Assembly: GCA_964036045.1 (NCBI GenBank)
Contig: OZ038379.1
Location: forward strand, 1,798,001-1,862,000
Origin: Eutreptiella sp. 'Long Island Sound 2002'
Lineage: Eukaryota > Protista > Euglenida
Direction: 5' to 3'
DNA length: 64,000 bases
Positions 58,762 through 64,000 of the stretch are shown here, one piece after another. Each line of letters starts with the position of its first letter. Position 1 is the first letter of the stretch. The position numbers and the translations under genes were made by a program. Below the pieces are notes generated by a model, which was not told the DNA's origin, searched no databases, and saw only the letters and a list, made by a program, of their open reading frames with translations.

Positions 58762-60479
58762 CTGAAGGGCAGCAGCAGGCATCAGCAAGCAACAAAAGTC
58801 TCTCCACCTTACCCAACAGATCGCATGGCACCAGCAGCCAACTGCTAGCGCCTTGCCGGTCAACAACAGGGGTCAGATTGCCATTGACACTAGTTGGTGG
58901 TCCCCAGCTTCATGATTCATGCAACCCCCCGCCCCCGCCACGTCTCCAATCCCAATCGACCCCCCCGCACCTGGGGTCCAGGAGGGGTCCAAACCAGAAA
59001 CCCCGACCCCAACCACCACCAATTTTCGCCAGTTACTTCAGGGGGGCCGGCAGGGTTCTTCAAAATCGCAAAAAGAAATCCGGGAGATACGTCCAGAGTA
59101 AAGCACTTGTTCGAGTTTTGTGGAAGAAATCCTCTGTTTGACTGTGGACGGTCGATGGTACGTGGGAAAGGATGTCGGGTCTCGCAGGCGGAGATTCTGG
59201 TGTGCCGCTGTTGCCGTCACGGGGGGGGGGGGGGGGGGCAGCATCGCCCCATACGCCGACTCCTTCCCACTCTTGGACCACTTTCAGGGTCGGGGGGGGG
59301 TGGGTCTGGGGGGGGGTCTGGGGCAGCCAGGAAGGGGGGGGGGGGGCAGGCTTCAGACCCTGACATGTATGGCATAAAATGACCGCCTCATCGCGCTAAT
59401 CACTTCGAGGCATGTTTGGTGGAGAAAACTTTTTTGAAACAAGGGGGGGGGGCATGGTAGGTGGTACTTTTGTTTAGGGCATAGCACCCCCGAGTCAATT
59501 CAATGGCTGCGATGGGCAAGAGCTGACCGCCAGCACCATCCGCTTACGTGTAGAGCACGCTTACAACGGCAAGCGGATTGTGCACTCATCCCGTGATCCA
59601 CAAAAACCCTGCCTTCTTGGGGGCCCAAAAGTGGGCGGAAATGCTACATCACCCCTGCATCCCAAACAAAGGGGGACAAAAGCAGAAGTGGCTGCCTCAA
59701 CCGTACCCCCATGGCAGCCACTTGCTGGCGCCGGCGGCAGGCTTCACATCAAGTCTTTCCCAAAACGATGCAGATTGGAGGGTGCTCTCCACCACTGATG
59801 TGAGAAATGTAACAGAGCGCCAGGAGGTTCCGGATCACGAGGAGTTACATACACATCAGTGGTGTGCAGCATGTTCACGCAGTTTCACATTAGCTTGCAG
59901 TGCAGATGTGACAGAAAACTGCATTCGTGACTTGCCAGAGCATGCATGTGCTCCGGGAGGTTGGATGGGTTGTGTCTTCTTGCAGTGGTTGTGCCCCCCC
60001 CCCCCCAATTGCTCCCTTGAAGAGGGCACCCTGGGGGGTGGTGCCCCCCTACTCTTGGGCTGGGGTCCATGTGGCCCGATAGCCTCGGGGGGGGGGGTGG
60101 ACTGCTCATCACGGTGCATGGCAAGAGACCGAATGCCAGGGCTAGGATGCAGCCTACGTCGGCAATAATCAAGACACACTGACGGAGCGGCGCTCAAGTA
60201 CGACGACTCTCCTTCCCACCCTCTTTGTCGGCACCACCGATGGCACGCAAACGCCTCCATCCCATACTGTTAGTTGCTTTGCTGTTTACGCTAGCAAACG
60301 GATCGGAAGTTCCCCCCAAACCCACCACAACATTTATCCCACCGGGTTCCTGCATCCTGCATACTTGTTCCACCCAGCACCCCATCCATTTGGTGGGCAG
60401 GGCAAGAACAAAGAGGGGTCATATCACACGTTACTCAGCATGGGGCATAGGGCAGGGGCACTGCCTGGGCACTGCCTAC
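58762..60479 (-). other. Conventional GT-AG intron (1,718 bp) containing repeat insertions
   Basis: Donor ATG GAG|GTAGGC at 60479 and acceptor CAG at 58762 are both phase 0 and join PQME to VLRE. Confidence 0.75.
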
Positions 60480-61457
60480 CTCCATCTGCGGTCGGCCACC
60501 CGAATCGAGCACAGCTGCCTCAGGCCCGTCATCTGGGCTTAGAACGGCATCGTCGTCTGTGAGGGTACCGAGCCACCGCACTTGACCAGTGCGGCCACTC
60601 CAGACCGACTCCTCAGCGAGGCCTGGGTCGCAAACCTCCGCCACTCGCCCCGTGGTCACAAACAACACCCTGTTGGTCCCGGCGTCTGGCCCCATCACCG
60701 GCACAACCTGCACCCCGCGGGGGTGGAGCGTGAGCTGGCCTTGAGGGAACGACCGACCGACCATGACCAGGGGTGTGTCGCCGAGGCCCGCCAGCATGTC
60801 CCACAGCACCTCCCTCCCCTCGATCTCCAGGCGCTGGCCCGGGAGCATTGTGTCCAGGACGAGAAGCCGGGCGGGCACAGCGCCAGCCTCAGCGGCGCCT
60901 GCCCCTTCAGCTCCATCCGATGACGTGGGCCCCATGGCCATAAGTGCTGGGGGCTGGGCCAACCGCCGTTGACCAGCCCCAAGCGGTAGCCGCTCCCAGC
61001 CGACTGCCCCTCCCCGCCGAGCACCGCGCCCAAACACTGGTGAAAGTATACAAACGCCGGAGGAGCGCATGACGGCGCTGGCGGCCGCGGCCCCGAGGGC
61101 AACCGCCAATCCTCCAAGGAGGGCTTGTGTAAGTTGTGGAGCGGACGGCCGAGCCCAGAGGCCGGCTGGCCGTCGCTCCGCCGCCATCCTGGCCACGGTA
61201 CTGCGGTACACAGTCGGAGCCCAGCTCTGTGGCGACCCTGGGGTCCCACTACGTGCGCGGCTGCCCCAAAACGGTGCGGAAGGGTCCGGGAGGGGCCGGG
61301 CTGCCAGAGGTTGTGGCAGGGGGCGGGCAGCCGGCACGAGCAGCAGGGAGGCTGAAGATGCAGCGGCCGGCACGGAGAGAAGAACGGCTAACCCCATGAG
61401 CAGTAGGACGGCCAGACTGACCCCCAGCAGACAGCGGGGGTGTACAGAGACATCCAT
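60480..61457 (-). CDS. Exon 1 of the LON-N domain protein (423 aa spliced) with a euglenid class I plastid-targeting presequence
   Basis: Hydrophobic helix 1 (~aa 8-31), an acid-poor S/P/R/A-rich linker, hydrophobic helix 2 (~aa 110-131), basic residues, then LLVLDTMLPGQRL, which is typical of the LON N-domain start. Confidence 0.8.
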
Positions 61458-61699
61458 GGATTCTACTGTGGGCCTCGGCTGTCAAGGCTTGCGCAACGCA
61501 ATTGATGATACGTGGGGCCTTTGGCAAAGGACACAGCCTGTGTGACAAAAGAAGGATACCCTTGGGGAGACGCTCCTAAGGGGGATAATACACACCGCGC
61601 AGTTCGGCCAAGTGCCCCACATGCACCGTGCAACGCCAAAAATACCCTTTGTTGAATGGTGGAAATACCTGACGCACCATGTGCCACACTGCGTCAGAG

Positions 61700-62390
61700 T
61701 ATTCCCCTCAGCACCACTTTTCCACGGGAATTCCCTCTCTCATTACCGGTACAAAGTCGGATCCAACAATGGATCCCCAATCCAGAGAGTTGAGTACCCG
61801 GGGAAACCCCGGGAAAAGGGCGTCCAGAATGGAGGATGCCATCTTGGAAGGCAAGCCATCGAATGTCAGTTGTCGAAACGTGCATTCAATCACCATGATT
61901 ATGTTGAAGAGAAGACGCTTTGATTTCACAAAGATGCAAGTGGAACGCATCCTAGAGAACGCGGTATTGCCACACATGGAAGAAGAAGGCACGCCGTAAG
62001 GAAGCACGGAGACCACTCAGGAAATTACTGGGGACTAGAAGATGGATATCAGTCGGTTGAGACACAAATGACCCCACCACCTAAAGCTAAGCCCAATCCA
62101 CAAGAGATGAACGTGGACGAAGGAGACCCAGAGGATAGTGTCGTCGGTCAATTGAAGCTGATGAGGACACTCTTTGAGTCTACGGATGCGCCACTTACCA
62201 GCCTTTTGAGAAGATGGAGTCTACCCCTACGAAGGAGCATTGCTGGTTCGAGATTCTTCGGACAAATGGTAAGGAATTGCAGCAATTCTTCCAGAATGAA
62301 TTGAAATTGATCACTGTGATGATGCAGACTCGGGTTGATTCCAGTGTGAAATGTGAGGACTTCAGTGACAAGGGTCCAAGTGATCATGCA
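61700..62390 (+). pseudogene. Possible LTR-retrotransposon gag relic
   Basis: Frameshifted protein-like segments, e.g. EHCWFEILRTNGKELQQFFQNELKL. The similarity is weak. Confidence 0.3.
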
Positions 62391-63570
62391 CAAGGCATGC
62401 AGGAGCTGCGCCTAGCTGCAGCTGGGTGGCTGGGAGGCTTTGGAACCCCCCCCCCCCCGGCTTGTTACTCAAAAATAGGGGGCAACCATGCAAAAATACG
62501 TGGCACCGGGTAAAACATTGTTACTCAAGAGATGGTTGGACCCCACACCCCCCCCTATTTTACCCGAGTAACATAAGATGCCGTGAAACATTCCCAGAAC
62601 ATAGAATCAACACATTAGACGGATGTTCAACAGCAAATGTCGTTGTTACCGATGTAAACCTCAGAGTACACAATCATCCTCAATCTGAAATATATACCAT
62701 CCATATTGCAATATTTACCCCAAGGCACCTTTCCAAAGAACACTTACGTCCCCAACTCCTCATTCCACGACATGTAACCCAACACAAAGTCATACACCTT
62801 TTGGGTCAGAACATAGTAACCTTGATACTTATCATGGGAAACAGGCATGTCATCATGCACCACATTTGCAAAAGGAATTGTATTGTTTCACCACGCACCA
62901 CACATCACCCACCCCATAAACCCCCCCCCCCCTCCCCCCTGCCTAGCAAGATGATCCGCAATTTTCCGGACCACATAGTGCAAGTACAAAGGAGTTGCGC
63001 CTAGCCGCGGCTGGGTGGCTGGGAGGCTTTGGAAACCCCCCGCCCTCCCCCCCCCCCCCCCCCTGGCTGGCTGGCTGGCTGGCTGGCTGGCGCGCCCCCG
63101 GAAAACCGCCAAAATACGCAGTGCACCATTGTACCGCCTCTTCTCACGCATGGTATGGGTATGGGGATGGGTTTGCAAGGGTGGGGGGGTCGGCCACCTT
63201 TCAAGAACACCCCTACCTCATACTCCAAGGTGCCTTGCCTTCGGAACCTCCCATAAAGACCACATAGAATCACCGCATTAGACGTATGTTCAACTGCAAA
63301 TGTTGTTGTTACCGATGTAAACCTCAGAGTACACAATTGTCCTCAATATGAAATATATACCATCCATATTGCAATATTTACCCCAAGGCACCTTTCCAAA
63401 GAACACTTACGTCCCCAACTCCTCATTCCACGACATGTAACCCAACACAAAGTCATACACCTTTTGGGTCAGAACATAGTAACCTTGATACTTGTCATGG
63501 GAAACAGGCATGTCATCATGCACCACATTTGCAAAAAGAATTGTTTTGTTTTACCACACAATTTTACCAC
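62390..63570. repeat. Direct duplication (~600-bp period; near-identical ~290-bp cores at 62612-62900 and 63277-63565)
   Basis: aggag.tgcgcctagc..cggctgggtggctgggaggctttgg occurs at ~62401 and ~62990; the cattagacg...catttgcaaaa block is repeated. Confidence 0.9.
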
Positions 63571-63816
63571 ACACTCCATGGATCGGTGACATCATCTTGA
63601 GATCTTGAGAGCAAGGGTGGTGAGGCAAACATGCATGTACAAAGCAATGGTGGTTGGCTAGGTGGCTGGCTAGGTGGCTGGCTGGCTGGCTGGCGCGGGC
63701 CGGCCGGCTGGCCGAAAACCCCCCCCCTCCCCCCCCCCCCTGGCTGGCGCAGCTCCAAAGCACCATATTGATCCACCAATTTGTGATCCAAAGATGTGAG
63801 TTCCAAAAAAGAAATG

Positions 63817-63995
63817 ACACAAATTGGTGGATCATTTCTTTTTTGAAACTTGCACTTTTGGATCATAATTTTTCCACACAAATTGGTGGATCATTTCTTT
63901 TTTCGAACTTGCATTTTTGGATCATATTTTTTCCACACAAATTCGTGGATCATTTCTTTTTTGGAACTTGCATTTTTGGATCATTTTTGTCTACG
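63817..63995. repeat. ~62-bp AT-rich tandem repeat (~3 copies)
   Basis: cacaaattggtggatcatttctttttt..aacttgca.ttttggatcat is repeated. Confidence 0.9.
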
Positions 63996-64000
63996 TTCCA

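Noticed and set aside
60435-60479. ORF tail VGSAQAVPLPYAPC, and the 35 residues before V36 in ORF 58468-58866
   Set aside because: Both lie inside the predicted GT-AG intron.
1-64000. tRNA, rRNA, spliced-leader RNA genes, telomeric arrays, non-canonical euglenid introns
   Set aside because: No T-loop/anticodon cloverleaf, rRNA signature, SL exon or (TTAGGG)n tract was recognised by eye. The only intron found is GT-AG. tRNAscan or Infernal would be needed to exclude these formally.

Overview
Eukaryotic nuclear DNA, most likely from a photosynthetic euglenid. This is inferred from a two-transmembrane class I plastid-targeting presequence, polypyrimidine-AG sites just upstream of start codons, and a VIPER/TATE-type element. 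There are two convincing host genes: an intronless membrane hybrid histidine kinase-receiver (1426-3603, -) and a two-exon plastid-targeted LON-N-domain protein (61457-60480 + 58761-58468, -). An intronless B-box/GRDP-like ORF (37560-38345, -) is also present. Most of the rest is nested transposable elements and repeats. (i) A 9.3-kb hAT element (19477-28780; 14-bp TIRs, 8-bp TSD) whose transposase is fused in frame to the N-terminal half of a Upf1-like SF1 helicase. (ii) A composite ~187-bp-unit repeat, split by an APE-type LINE (19-bp TSD, itself carrying Gypsy relics and a MITE). (iii) In the same repeat, a 4,659-bp tyrosine-recombinase retrotransposon (gag-YR-RT/RNaseH), which is the most striking object in the window. 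It has no terminal repeats. It sits at a telomere-like G^TTAGGG site with GGTT at both ends. Joining its ends creates a 36-bp imperfect palindrome with integron-attC-like AAC/GTT geometry. The whole predicted circle is one reading frame broken by only two stop codons. No rRNA, tRNA, CRISPR array or telomeric array was recognised.
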